Positions 1 to 7,996 of a stretch of DNA of 64,000 nucleotides are shown piece after piece; position 1 is the stretch's first letter; the number at the start of each line of letters is the position of its first letter. The DNA is from a virus (taxonomy: Duplodnaviria; Heunggongvirae; Uroviricota; Caudoviricetes), in the IMG/VR virus record IMGVR_UViG_3300031951_000044; one strand, given 5' to 3'. The position numbers and the translations under genes were made by a program. Under the pieces are notes generated by a model. The model was given only the letters and a program-made list of their open reading frames with translations. It did not search any database and was not told the origin of the DNA.

Positions 1-125
1 CCTGAAATCAATTCCAAGAATCGTTGTTCTTTGGTTTTAACATCTTTATTTCGTTGTTTATCAATCTGAGCAAGTTGTTCTTGCGTGAGTTCGATGACAA
101 TTCCGTTTTCAAGCGTTGCTTTCAT
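1..125 (-). CDS. hypothetical protein, C-terminal part beyond window edge; N-terminal 41 codons identical to gene 4159..4608
   Basis: 1..126 is an exact copy of 4483..4608 including the start codon (revcomp cat 123-125). Confidence 0.4.
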   Translation of the reverse strand, partial: MKATLENGIVIELTQEQLAQIDKQRNKDVKTKEQRFLELIS

Positions 126-126
126 T
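1..126. repeat. 126-bp exact direct repeat, copy 1 (copy 2 at 4483..4608)
   Basis: identical sequence read directly at both loci. Confidence 0.85.
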
Positions 127-177
127 TTATTCTATTTTGATGATGCAAAGATATATCAATTTTTTTGATTTTCCAAA

Positions 178-495
178 TCAAACAAGTTCAATTTTTAGTT
201 TCTTCGGAAGAAATTCAGTCCAAAATTCTCGATCGGTAAGAGGATTAAGATTTCCTTTTTGCATATTACAGCGACGACAACAAACAAATAGATTCTCAGG
301 AGAATTAGCACCTCCTTTCTTAACAGGTACAAAATGGTCAGCGGTCATACCATTTTTACTGTGCTGATGATTCCTCAGCTTAATAACTTTCTTTTCACAA
401 TACACACAATGGAAATCAGAATTAATCGCCATAATTTTATCAATGAACTTTTTGGTTACACGACGACGAGCGTTCTTTGATGGTGCTGTGTTCAT
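178..495 (-). CDS. HNH endonuclease
   Basis: HCVYCEKK...ADHFVPVKKGGANSPENLFVCCRRCNMQKGN = HNH motif with Cys pairs. Confidence 0.7.
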   Translation of the reverse strand: MNTAPSKNARRRVTKKFIDKIMAINSDFHCVYCEKKVIKLRNHQHSKNGMTADHFVPVKKGGANSPENLFVCCRRCNMQKGNLNPLTDREFWTEFLPKKLKIELV

Positions 496-553
496 TGTTG
501 GTTGTTTTGTTGATTAACAACACAAAGATACAATTAATTTTCAATCTAACAAC

Positions 554-763
554 TTAACGCTGAGAAAATTTTTGACCAAACTTATTAACAAACAATATAA
601 CATTATTTTCGTCAATGTGTCGGGTCATTACTTCATATCCTCGATAAATGATATCGGTGATAACTTCAATTAGGTTCCCTTCAAACACCTGATTATGAGG
701 ATAATGGTCAGTGAAATCCGAAGGAAGATGGGGGTACCAATAATAAATGTTAATTGTTTTCAT
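554..763 (-). CDS. hypothetical protein
   Basis: co-oriented tightly packed ORF. Confidence 0.4.
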   Translation of the reverse strand: MKTINIYYWYPHLPSDFTDHYPHNQVFEGNLIEVITDIIYRGYEVMTRHIDENNVILFVNKFGQKFSQR

Positions 764-942
764 AAGTTATATCCAATTAGTTTTTCATCTCGAATGATTA
801 GTTTAATATCTTGCTCTTTACACCAATCATAAATTACATTATCATAGGCATTATTAAAAAAACAATCCCTAAACTGTTCTCGCGTTCCTTCAAACATTTC
901 ACCATCTTCAAGAATAATAATATCTGTCTCCTTTTCTTCCAT
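760..942 (-). CDS. hypothetical protein
   Basis: co-oriented ORF, 4-bp overlap with downstream gene. Confidence 0.4.
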   Translation of the reverse strand: MEEKETDIIILEDGEMFEGTREQFRDCFFNNAYDNVIYDWCKEQDIKLIIRDEKLIGYNL

Positions 943-959
943 TTTAGAAATTTGTTATG

Positions 960-1169
960 TTAGATAATAAACCCTTTACGTTTCCTTACCTTATTGGGGT
1001 CAACACTTTTTGTCATGACACCATACCTATCCATCAAGGTCAAACCATTATCATCAATTTCGATAACCTTAAAAGTATGACATACACCCAAATATCCGGT
1101 TATCGACGAACGACTATACACATAATCACCCTCGTTAATATTTTTTGGTCTTGGATAAATGGGTTTCAT
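960..1169 (-). CDS. hypothetical protein
   Basis: co-oriented ORF. Confidence 0.4.
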   Translation of the reverse strand: MKPIYPRPKNINEGDYVYSRSSITGYLGVCHTFKVIEIDDNGLTLMDRYGVMTKSVDPNKVRKRKGFII

Positions 1170-1176
1170 TTTATTC

Positions 1177-1344
1177 TATTTTTTCCCTTACAACTGGTTC
1201 ATCGTCGAGAGTGTGTGAATATTCTGTATCAAGAAAATCTCCACCACCATCCATTACAATTTGCGCAGCTTCATCAGCATTTTCAGCTTCAACCTCATAA
1301 AATGATACATGAACCTCACGAAGTTCAACAATATATTTTTTCAT
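1177..1344 (-). CDS. hypothetical small acidic protein (55 aa, below ORF-track cutoff)
   Basis: manual translation MKKYIVELREVHVSFYEVEAENADEAAQIVMDGGGDF...; fills gap between called genes. Confidence 0.3.
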
Positions 1345-1477
1345 ATTTCTTATTGTGTTTACGGTTATACACTTTTGCTGAAGGTTTTACCTTCTGTATC
1401 ATTTTCCTACGCACGATTTGTGCTACGTGACGCTCAGAGAGACCATTCAAGTTTTCCATGTTATTTTATTGTTTTGG

Positions 1478-1498
1478 TTTGACAATACAAATATACAT
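1478..1498 (-). promoter_or_regulatory. phage promoter motif (gene strand TAtaTTTGtattgtcaaa; Bacteroidetes -7 TAnnTTTG)
   Basis: tttgacaatacaaatatacat on + strand; same motif recurs upstream of many minus-strand genes. Confidence 0.55.
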
Positions 1499-1536
1499 GG
1501 AATTTTTGAATCTGCAATACTCCCTTTGAAAATTAA

Positions 1537-1758
1537 TTACTCGATGATAAACAATTCCTCATCAAGTTTTTCAAGTTCTTCTTCTGAAAACTGACCATTA
1601 TCGAACACAATACATTCAACTTTATTGAATTCAGCTTCATCAATAGCTTGATCAACTTTTTTAATCAATTCATCAATATCGCTGAATTTAATCCCAACGG
1701 TGAATGATGGATTAAAGTCACCACGACTAACTATTTGTACAGTTGCTTGACGTTCCAT
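1537..1758 (-). CDS. hypothetical protein
   Basis: ORF preceded by conserved promoter motif at 1773-1793. Confidence 0.45.
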   Translation of the reverse strand: MERQATVQIVSRGDFNPSFTVGIKFSDIDELIKKVDQAIDEAEFNKVECIVFDNGQFSEEELEKLDEELFIIE

Positions 1759-1772
1759 GTTGTTAATTTTTG

Positions 1773-1793
1773 TTTAACGATGCAAAGATAATG
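1773..1793 (-). promoter_or_regulatory. phage promoter motif (TAtcTTTGcatcgttaaa on gene strand)
   Basis: tttaacgatgcaaagataatg. Confidence 0.55.
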
Positions 1794-1810
1794 AATTTTT
1801 CAATACCAAC

Positions 1811-1993
1811 CTACCATTCGATAAAATTTCTTATTGCATCAAGTTCCTCGGTGGTCAAATCACGACCTTCAACATCAATTTCGGGGGGATATTCATCATC
1901 ATTGTAATATGTAACGCTTGCAATTATCCCATCATCAAGCTGAAATTGCATTGTATATCCAACAATAACTGGTGTTGTTTTAATAATTTTCAT
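1811..1993 (-). CDS. hypothetical protein
   Basis: co-oriented ORF. Confidence 0.45.
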   Translation of the reverse strand: MKIIKTTPVIVGYTMQFQLDDGIIASVTYYNDDEYPPEIDVEGRDLTTEELDAIRNFIEW

Positions 1994-2205
1994 TAGAGAA
2001 TGGTTTTGGTTTGCAAAAATCGACGAAATGCAATGCGAATATCTTCAGATGTATAATCATCGTCAGCACAATCTTCCAAATCTTTAATCACAAATTGGAG
2101 AATTTCGTCATGATTATCAGGTACATCAATACCAATTGCACCATAAATCCATCGCAACTGAAATTCAAGATTATCAATTTCTTTGGTTGGAAATTTATTT
2201 TTCAT
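1993..2205 (-). CDS. hypothetical protein
   Basis: co-oriented ORF, start/stop overlap ATGA-type. Confidence 0.45.
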   Translation of the reverse strand: MKNKFPTKEIDNLEFQLRWIYGAIGIDVPDNHDEILQFVIKDLEDCADDDYTSEDIRIAFRRFLQTKTIL

Positions 2206-2216
2206 TGTTAAGAAGT

Positions 2217-2486
2217 TTAATCACAATCGTAATCAGTAGGATTTACCTTAGCAACACGTCCTCCGCACATAATCAAATCAAAAATATGACCATCTTTTTC
2301 GGTTGCAAATTCACGAACAATGGTATTATCCGCAACATTAATTTCGTTGACCATCATCCATCCACGATTTTCATATTCATCTGTTGTCCATTGAAATGCG
2401 TTATATGCAGCATCAAGTGGTAGAATGGTATCTTGCACCACATTTTTGCTTTTTGCGTCCCAAAGAATGATTGTAAGTGTGTTCAT
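2217..2486 (-). CDS. hypothetical protein
   Basis: co-oriented ORF; promoter motif 2508-2527 upstream. Confidence 0.45.
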   Translation of the reverse strand: MNTLTIILWDAKSKNVVQDTILPLDAAYNAFQWTTDEYENRGWMMVNEINVADNTIVREFATEKDGHIFDLIMCGGRVAKVNPTDYDCD

Positions 2487-2507
2487 TGGTTGTTGGTTTT
2501 TGGTTTG

Positions 2508-2527
2508 TTTGACAACACAAAGATAAG
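2508..2527 (-). promoter_or_regulatory. phage promoter motif
   Basis: tttgacaacacaaagataag (gene strand TAtcTTTG). Confidence 0.55.
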
Positions 2528-2544
2528 AAAATCTAATTAAACAA

Positions 2545-2688
2545 TCAAAATTGAATCACTTTGAAGTAAGTTACAGCAAATCCCAAAGACTTCATGAGAT
2601 TAACAGAATTAAATGTGTCATTCACAGTGCGTTTGATGGTTTTAACCTTGCTTTGGTTAACGTTGTGCTTAAACTCAATGATAATCAT
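2545..2688 (-). CDS. hypothetical small protein (46 aa)
   Basis: manual ORF MIIIEFKHNVNQSKVKTIKR... between two promoter motifs (2508-2527 and 2711-2732). Confidence 0.3.
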   Translation of the reverse strand: MIIIEFKHNVNQSKVKTIKRTVNDTFNSVNLMKSLGFAVTYFKVIQF

Positions 2689-2710
2689 CTTGTTTGGTTT
2701 TTTGGTTTGT

Positions 2711-2732
2711 TTGACAATACAAAGCTACAAAT
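2711..2732 (-). promoter_or_regulatory. phage promoter motif
   Basis: ttgacaatacaaagctacaaat (gene strand TAgcTTTG). Confidence 0.55.
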
Positions 2733-2787
2733 AATTTTCTATACTTGCAAATTTATTCGGATGAACAAATTTTATCATTCGGTTTTG

Positions 2788-2861
2788 TGGTCCCAACAGG
2801 ATTTGAACCTGTAACCTACTGATTATGAGTCAGTTGCTCTAACCGATTGAGCTATGAGACC
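2788..2861 (-). tRNA. tRNA with CAT anticodon (elongator Met or, more likely given adjacent TilS, tRNA-Ile2 k2CAU)
   Basis: gene strand ggtctca-ta-gctc...actga/CTCATAA/tcagt...caggTTCAAATcctg...tgggacc-a; 7-bp acceptor, G1-C72 paired (not initiator), C4-G69, anticodon loop cuCAUaa, T-loop TTCAAAT. Confidence 0.8.
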
Positions 2862-2887
2862 ATTTTCTACTACAAAGATAGCAAATT

Positions 2888-3490
2888 TTACGTTTCTTGT
2901 CTATTCATTACCAACTTTTTAACAATTTTTCTGATACCGGGATTAATAATAAATACTTCCGGAATAATTTTATGTCTGATTCGATTACGTGCAAATCGAA
3001 TATCATCATTTGATTTATCATCCCAATATGGAACACTTTTATCGTTACACCAATTTTGAAACGCTACCTTTGACGTGGTTAAAAATGGTCGAATAACATT
3101 TTTATTACAATAGTTGATTACTTTTGGTTTTCCATGAATACAGGAAAAAATATAAGTTTCAACAACGTCATCAAGATGATGTGCGGTAATAACCGTCCCA
3201 TTAATCGAATGAAAAAACTCATAACGAATGTTTCTCCAATATTCCTCAAGAGATTCAGTTTTAAGACGATTTCTCTTAGATAATCCAAAAATTATCTTAA
3301 CATTATTATTTTCACAATATTTGCGAATCTTATCTTCTACAAATTGTGAATGTTCAGTTCCATGATTGAAGTAAAGAACGGTTACATCCTTTTTACCTCT
3401 AATTAAAAAATCAAGAACAGCCATAGAATCAACACCACCTGAGCAAGCAAGGTAAACATTGTGGGGAATACTACCCATGATTTTAATCAT
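2888..3490 (-). CDS. tilS: tRNA(Ile)-lysidine synthetase, catalytic N-terminal domain only (200 aa)
   Basis: PP-loop SGGVDS; AHHLDDVVETYIF; IRPFL; WDDKSNDDIRFARNRIRHKIIP all match TilS signature blocks. Confidence 0.75.
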   Translation of the reverse strand: MIKIMGSIPHNVYLACSGGVDSMAVLDFLIRGKKDVTVLYFNHGTEHSQFVEDKIRKYCENNNVKIIFGLSKRNRLKTESLEEYWRNIRYEFFHSINGTVITAHHLDDVVETYIFSCIHGKPKVINYCNKNVIRPFLTTSKVAFQNWCNDKSVPYWDDKSNDDIRFARNRIRHKIIPEVFIINPGIRKIVKKLVMNRQET

Positions 3491-3731
3491 CGGAATCTAC
3501 GTCATTTCCATCATGGTCCATACTAAAGAACTCAACATCTGAACCAACATCATATACAGCTTGAACAGCGTCATAACCCACTTTCTTTTCTTCACCAGTT
3601 TTTACCCATTCACCAACACAATCACCTTCATTAATTTGATAAGCGAGAATTTCCAATGAATTAGGATAAAAATTAGGTTCTTCATGAAGAACTGTAACAA
3701 CAAATGTGCTTTTATAGAGTTCTTTTTTCAT
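3483..3731 (-). CDS. hypothetical acidic protein
   Basis: co-oriented ORF; promoter motif 3750-3773. Confidence 0.45.
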   Translation of the reverse strand: MKKELYKSTFVVTVLHEEPNFYPNSLEILAYQINEGDCVGEWVKTGEEKKVGYDAVQAVYDVGSDVEFFSMDHDGNDVDSDD

Positions 3732-3749
3732 CAGACTAATCTTTTATTA

Positions 3750-3773
3750 TTTGACAATGCAAAGCTACAAATT
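3750..3773 (-). promoter_or_regulatory. phage promoter motif
   Basis: tttgacaatgcaaagctacaaat. Confidence 0.55.
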
Positions 3774-3804
3774 AATTGATTCGGTTTTACGATTGTTAAT
3801 AACT

Positions 3805-4086
3805 TTAGTTCGTCACATCAGGTTCAATCTTTTTACCATCACTCAAATACACCTCAATCGTTGGTTGATTATCATTTTCCTTTTTGCTTAATGGTTCAGA
3901 AGTATCAAACTCATAACCATTTTGATAAGGAAAAATATCTTCATCGTAGAAATGACGATACAAATCCTCACAATTATCAATTACACCAGTTTCAATAAGT
4001 TTTACAACCTCCTTTTCTTGTTCCTCAGACAAGTCAACACGTACTTCACGCCAAGCGGTTTCTTTGAAGAAGAATTTTGTACTCAT
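3805..4086 (-). CDS. hypothetical protein
   Basis: co-oriented ORF. Confidence 0.45.
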   Translation of the reverse strand: MSTKFFFKETAWREVRVDLSEEQEKEVVKLIETGVIDNCEDLYRHFYDEDIFPYQNGYEFDTSEPLSKKENDNQPTIEVYLSDGKKIEPDVTN

Positions 4087-4158
4087 TGTTTTGTTGTTTT
4101 TGGTTTCTAATGCTAAGTTAAAAAGAAAAAATCAAACCACCAAATTTAGTTATTAACA

Positions 4159-4608
4159 TTAATTATACAACGGGTCACTTTTGGTTGTAACACCCTCCAA
4201 TTTGAAATGTTCTTCCACCGCAACAGCAGGGGCGGCGTGAGTTGCCTTTGTTGTAACACCCTCCAATTTGAAATGTTCTTCCACCATACCATTCAAGAAC
4301 ATCCTGATTTCCTGATAATTAAGGGCGAATTCCGATTCAAAAACTGACCAAACATTTGAATATGAGAACCAAAAATGGTTATTTTTCCAATCGTATTCGC
4401 AGACATAATTTCCATCTTTATCAAACCAAAACAAGAGATTTGGATATTTTTGGAAATCAACCTTCGGTTGATGAACATCAATTCCTGAAATCAATTCCAA
4501 GAATCGTTGTTCTTTGGTTTTAACATCTTTATTTCGTTGTTTATCAATCTGAGCAAGTTGTTCTTGCGTGAGTTCGATGACAATTCCGTTTTCAAGCGTT
4601 GCTTTCAT
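4159..4608 (-). CDS. hypothetical protein with C-terminal tandem repeat EEHFKLEGVTTK; shares 5' end with window-start gene
   Basis: 36-bp direct repeat gttgtaacaccctccaatttgaaatgttcttccacc at 4186 and 4250; 5' 126 bp duplicated at 1..126. Confidence 0.5.
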   Translation of the reverse strand: MKATLENGIVIELTQEQLAQIDKQRNKDVKTKEQRFLELISGIDVHQPKVDFQKYPNLLFWFDKDGNYVCEYDWKNNHFWFSYSNVWSVFESEFALNYQEIRMFLNGMVEEHFKLEGVTTKATHAAPAVAVEEHFKLEGVTTKSDPLYN

Positions 4609-4681
4609 TTGTTGTTTTGTTTAATACAAATATACACATAAATCTTTTATCTCCAACGAATGTTAATAACTATTTTTAGAC

Positions 4682-4873
4682 CTAATCATAAAATAGTTTC
4701 GCAATAGCTAAAAAGACGTGTGCAACAATTGTAGCGCCAATGGGTGATACGAGAAATAGAAGCAAATACAACGGTTCGTCCTTAGTAATCACATAATAAA
4801 GGGGCGAAATCAAAACCCCAATAGTGATAATTATACCAACGACAGCAATAATTAACCCAATAATGTATTTCAT
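4682..4873 (-). CDS. small membrane protein (2 TM)
   Basis: hydrophobic IIGLIIAVVGIIITIGVLI... ; co-oriented. Confidence 0.45.
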   Translation of the reverse strand: MKYIIGLIIAVVGIIITIGVLISPLYYVITKDEPLYLLLFLVSPIGATIVAHVFLAIAKLFYD

Positions 4874-4874
4874 A

Positions 4875-5195
4875 TTAAAGATTTTTGTTTGCGTAATCCT
4901 TACCTTTTTCAGTCAAGAAAAATACCTGCTCACCGTTTTCATCTTCGATGCTATCAATCATATTTTTATTCATCAATTGCTTCATTGTAGATTCAACAAT
5001 TGATAGTTGCATACCCTTAATAGCATCTTCCTCACTCATTACCAAATCATCACCACGTTTCCATCGCTCAAATACAACCTCACCGAATGCTTTGATTGCT
5101 GATTCCTTATCAACATCATTTTCAGTCAGAAATCCACTCTCATCAAGAGATTGGACAACCTGAGCAACAAATTCATTTACTGATTGTGGATACAT
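4875..5195 (-). CDS. hypothetical protein
   Basis: co-oriented ORF. Confidence 0.45.
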   Translation of the reverse strand: MYPQSVNEFVAQVVQSLDESGFLTENDVDKESAIKAFGEVVFERWKRGDDLVMSEEDAIKGMQLSIVESTMKQLMNKNMIDSIEDENGEQVFFLTEKGKDYANKNL

Positions 5196-5250
5196 TGGTT
5201 TTCTGTTTTTGGTTTGGTAAAGTTACAACAATAATTCGGAAGATGCAAAT

Positions 5251-5601
5251 TTATTTGAAGAGTTCGGGTGAACGTTTTTTCAATTCTTCAAGAAGTTTCG
5301 CATCATTTACTTTTTGTTGTACTTCTCGTTTTGCATTCATTTGCAAAACTTCATTGAGGTTTTTATCGAACGCTGGTACTTCTACATTATATGTGAATAC
5401 CACCTCATAACCATCCTCGTACTTCAAACGTTCTGTTGTGAAAAGAGCATCAGGATAGTTAGCGAGTACTCGCTGAACGTGTTTAAGATGTTCTTTAAGA
5501 GTTGTGGAGGTATCCACGCTTTCTTTTTGCTCACGATAGAACTTATCACCATCTTGGTAATATGAAGTATCACTATAAGAATGTGTTCCAATATATTTCA
5601 T
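5251..5601 (-). CDS. hypothetical protein
   Basis: co-oriented ORF; promoter motif at 5614-5632. Confidence 0.45.
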   Translation of the reverse strand: MKYIGTHSYSDTSYYQDGDKFYREQKESVDTSTTLKEHLKHVQRVLANYPDALFTTERLKYEDGYEVVFTYNVEVPAFDKNLNEVLQMNAKREVQQKVNDAKLLEELKKRSPELFK

Positions 5602-5661
5602 ATTCGTTTGGTTTAGTGATGCAAAGATAGATTATTTTTTTGGTATGTGCAACCACATTTG

Positions 5662-5692
5662 AAAAAAAAATGAGGTGACTGGCTACCACCTC
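5662..5692 (-). terminator. intrinsic terminator (minus strand)
   Basis: gene strand gaggtg-gtagccagt-cacctc followed by aTTTTTTTTTc. Confidence 0.6.
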
Positions 5693-5918
5693 TGTACCGT
5701 TTACCCGGTTGACGACCCACCCATCTCTTTTTATCCCACAACAGCGGATGGATGGTAGTTCCGTTGTGAGATCCGGGTCAAATCACGCTGGAGTCGAACC
5801 AGTTACGGTTGCGTCAACAACCGAAGCACCGCTGCATTTAAGTCACTTGTTCACTTTCGCTGTTGACGCAGTATACTGATGAACAGTTAACCGTGATTGA
5901 GATTGTAAAGTTACATCA
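5693..5918 (-). ncRNA. GC-rich structured RNA candidate with tRNA-like 3' module
   Basis: GC-rich island in 30% GC genome; T-arm-like ctggTTCGACTccag; 9-bp inverted repeat gcgtcaaca/tgttgacgc; aatcacg...cgtgatt pairing ~124 nt apart; no ORF. Confidence 0.3.
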
Positions 5919-6572
5919 TTAATCCGAGACTTGCAAATTTTTCTTATACTTATTTTTCAATATTCCATAAGATTTCGCCCATTTCCGTATTGCATTATCT
6001 GATACACCATATAATTCACCTATTTTCGTGTATGGTGTTGTTTCGATTAGCGTTTGTAATTCTTCTTTGGTTGGGCGATTTTTGACTTTACGTTTACCAT
6101 ATGTATTTTTAGGGTAAATCATTCTAAAATTTGGGTTAATATCACTCGGTTTACGATAGGTGATTGTAGTTCCGGTTGGGTATTTATAGTCTTCCCACCA
6201 AATTATATCCCTATCTTTGTAAAGAGGTAAAGTAGTTCTTACTGTCATATGTGTTAACCCAACATTGGGTATGTATGCGCACTCGTCTATATCAGGTAGA
6301 TAAATTGCATAATATTCAAAATCGTGAATCTCATATTTCTTTACTACCTCCCCGTTAGTTGTGCGAAAATTTTTCGTACAAAGAATCGCATTAACCTTAT
6401 CGTATTTAACTTGTAATCTAAACAATTTATTATTTGTCGTATCGTGACAAATTAAATCATATTGTAGATGTTCCGCGATTGGGATTGCAACTTGATACCC
6501 CTTTTTAGTTAAGTCTGCTATTACTTGTGTGACACCAATATCACCTTTGGTTTTTTCATTATTTAATCTCAT
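5919..6572 (-). CDS. putative free-standing homing endonuclease (PD-(D/E)XK-like N-domain + C-terminal HTH)
   Basis: YDLICHD...FRLQVKY (D...QxK) nuclease-like core; C-terminal ELYGVSDNAIRKWAKSYGI HTH typical of phage HEases; sits inside tRNA/ncRNA island. Confidence 0.4.
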   Translation of the reverse strand: MRLNNEKTKGDIGVTQVIADLTKKGYQVAIPIAEHLQYDLICHDTTNNKLFRLQVKYDKVNAILCTKNFRTTNGEVVKKYEIHDFEYYAIYLPDIDECAYIPNVGLTHMTVRTTLPLYKDRDIIWWEDYKYPTGTTITYRKPSDINPNFRMIYPKNTYGKRKVKNRPTKEELQTLIETTPYTKIGELYGVSDNAIRKWAKSYGILKNKYKKNLQVSD

Positions 6573-6637
6573 TATCGAATCTTTCCCTATAAATATAAGG
6601 AATAATTCAAAAGTTCGATTTAGGATGAAAAAGTTTC

Positions 6638-6710
6638 AGTACCCCCACCTAGAATCGAACTAGGAACCGAAAATTAGAAGTTTTCTATTATATCCATTTA
6701 ACTATGGGGG
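6638..6710 (-). tRNA. tRNA-Arg (anticodon TCT)
   Basis: gene strand gcccccA...gaaaa/CTTCTAA/ttttc...cctagTTCGATTctagg-tgggggt-a; anticodon stem 5 bp, T-arm canonical, acceptor 7 bp with G1-U72; D-arm not cleanly resolved by eye. Confidence 0.6.
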
Positions 6711-6732
6711 CAAAAGTCGAACCTAAAAATGT

Positions 6733-6830
6733 GCTCCCGGTCAGAATCGAACTGACAAGCCCGTTGGGGGCGACAGATTTTCTTACCACTTCGACTTTCG
6801 CCGCCCCAATATTGGGTTTGTGGTCTGGAC
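6733..6830 (-). ncRNA. tRNA-like element (canonical T-arm gtcagTTCGATTctgac) - cloverleaf not resolved manually
   Basis: perfect T-arm + GC-rich stem ggggcg/cgcccc; could be type-II tRNA, intron-containing tRNA or tRNA fragment. Confidence 0.3.
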
Positions 6831-7049
6831 TATACCATCGCCATAACTTTCGTTTTAGGCGTACCGTGTCTAGTCTCTGCACCTTCATGATTTTCATCAC
6901 GCTTGGCTCAGGATTGGCAGTTAAGCGTTCCCTGAATTTACGGTATTCTACATTCACCTTTTCAAGTGATGCACTCAAATTCTAACTACCTGAAAATGAG
7001 GTAGTTAAGTCTAAAGTCTGTTGTGTTTACCAATTTCACCACGGGAGCA

Positions 7050-7075
7050 TTAAGTCAAAGAACATCACAAAGATA
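7050..7075 (-). promoter_or_regulatory. promoter motif upstream of tRNA cluster (repeat copy 1)
   Basis: aagtcaaagaacatcacaaagatac (gene strand TAtcTTTGtgatgttctttg); identical 20-mer again at 7245-7264. Confidence 0.5.
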
Positions 7076-7244
7076 CAACATCCATTTCACATTTCCAAAT
7101 TAAATTGTTCCGGTGACTAAAAATATTAATGGTTAGGAATATTTGCGCCAAATAACAGCATAACGCTGTGTTCCTTTGCGTCAGAACATAAATCTTGGGA
7201 TTTGTAAGACCTAACGATACCCAAGCGTCACCGAAACAATCTAA

Positions 7245-7264
7245 TCAAAGAACATCACAAAGAT
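7245..7264 (-). promoter_or_regulatory. promoter motif (repeat copy 2) driving ~170-nt ORF-less transcript 7080-7240
   Basis: caaagaacatcacaaagata repeated. Confidence 0.4.
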
Positions 7265-7502
7265 AAGCATTATTTTCATATCTCCAACACTTACCTGAAA
7301 ATTTTCATATCTGTGGGTGTGCAAGTTCATGTGGTGGGATTACGGTTTACCCACATCGCTGGTCGCAGACCATGCAGTTGTCGCTTTACAATCACACATG
7401 AACATAGGTCGTTTACACAACCGAAGTTTCTCTTCTCCCGACCAAGGAGCGGTCTTGACCCACAGATATGATATTCAAAGAACTCTTTTACTTTTCGGTG
7501 GG

Positions 7503-7525
7503 GGTCGGTGACGTTTTCACCGACC
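7503..7525 (-). terminator. stem-loop downstream of AT-hook mini-gene 1
   Basis: ggtcggtg-acgtttt-caccgacc perfect 8-bp stem; weak U-tract. Confidence 0.35.
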
Positions 7526-7558
7526 CTCTCCACCTACTTAACCAAACCAACCAACCAA

Positions 7559-7717
7559 TTATCCTTGTGCTTCCTCAGCTTTCCTTGCTTCTCGCTCTGC
7601 TCGTTCGCGCAACTTTTGTTGACGCTTAGAGTCAGGTTTAACAGAACCTTTGGGACGACCGCGCTTGCGCTTTGCAGTTTCCACAGACGTTACCGGTGCT
7701 TCAAGAGTTGCTTCCAT
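7559..7717 (-). CDS. AT-hook mini-protein (52 aa), paralog 1
   Basis: manual ORF MEATLEAPVTSVETAKRKRGRPKGSVKPDSKRQQKLRERAEREARKAEEAQG; RGRP AT-hook; own TAacTTTG promoter at ~7745-7765. Confidence 0.4.
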   Translation of the reverse strand: MEATLEAPVTSVETAKRKRGRPKGSVKPDSKRQQKLRERAEREARKAEEAQG

Positions 7718-7857
7718 CGTTTTTCGTGTTTAAGGTTTGTGTTTCTGTTACCGATACAAAGTTAACTATTCTTATTCAATTTTGCAAGTCTTTTTTCTCT
7801 TTTTTTTCGGTGGGGGATCGGATGACCAATTTCACCCGACCCAAATACCCCACCTAC

Positions 7858-7996
7858 TTATGCTTCCACTTCAACAGTCTTATGTGCATCTCGCTCTGCT
7901 CGTTCGCGCAACTTTTGTTGACGCTTAGAGTTAGGGTTCACCGAACCTTTGGGACGACCGACTTTACGCTTCTCACTTACCACTACATTTTCCATG
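7858..7996 (-). CDS. AT-hook mini-protein (46 aa), paralog 2
   Basis: MENVVVSEKRKVGRPKGSVNPNSKRQQKLRERAERDAHKTVEVEA; tandem duplicate of 7559..7717. Confidence 0.4.

Noticed and set aside
957-1430. Plus-strand ORFs such as 957..1430, 2011..2211, 2136..2423, 2551..2814, 8119..8499, 8480..8838, 20580..20936, 24631..25121 etc.
   Set aside because: They lie antisense to tightly packed minus-strand genes with promoter motifs and recognisable products. Low-complexity, atypical composition; treated as shadow ORFs.
6733-6830. Confident call of a second complete tRNA
   Set aside because: Perfect T-arm and acceptor-like 3' end, but I could not pair a 5' acceptor strand or define an anticodon arm by eye. 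Reported only as tRNA-like pending tRNAscan/ARAGORN.
6688-6985. ORFs 6688..6978 (-) and 6704..6985 (+) in the RNA island
   Set aside because: Overlap tRNA-Arg and the second tRNA-like element; GC-rich structured RNA region; no promoter/start context.
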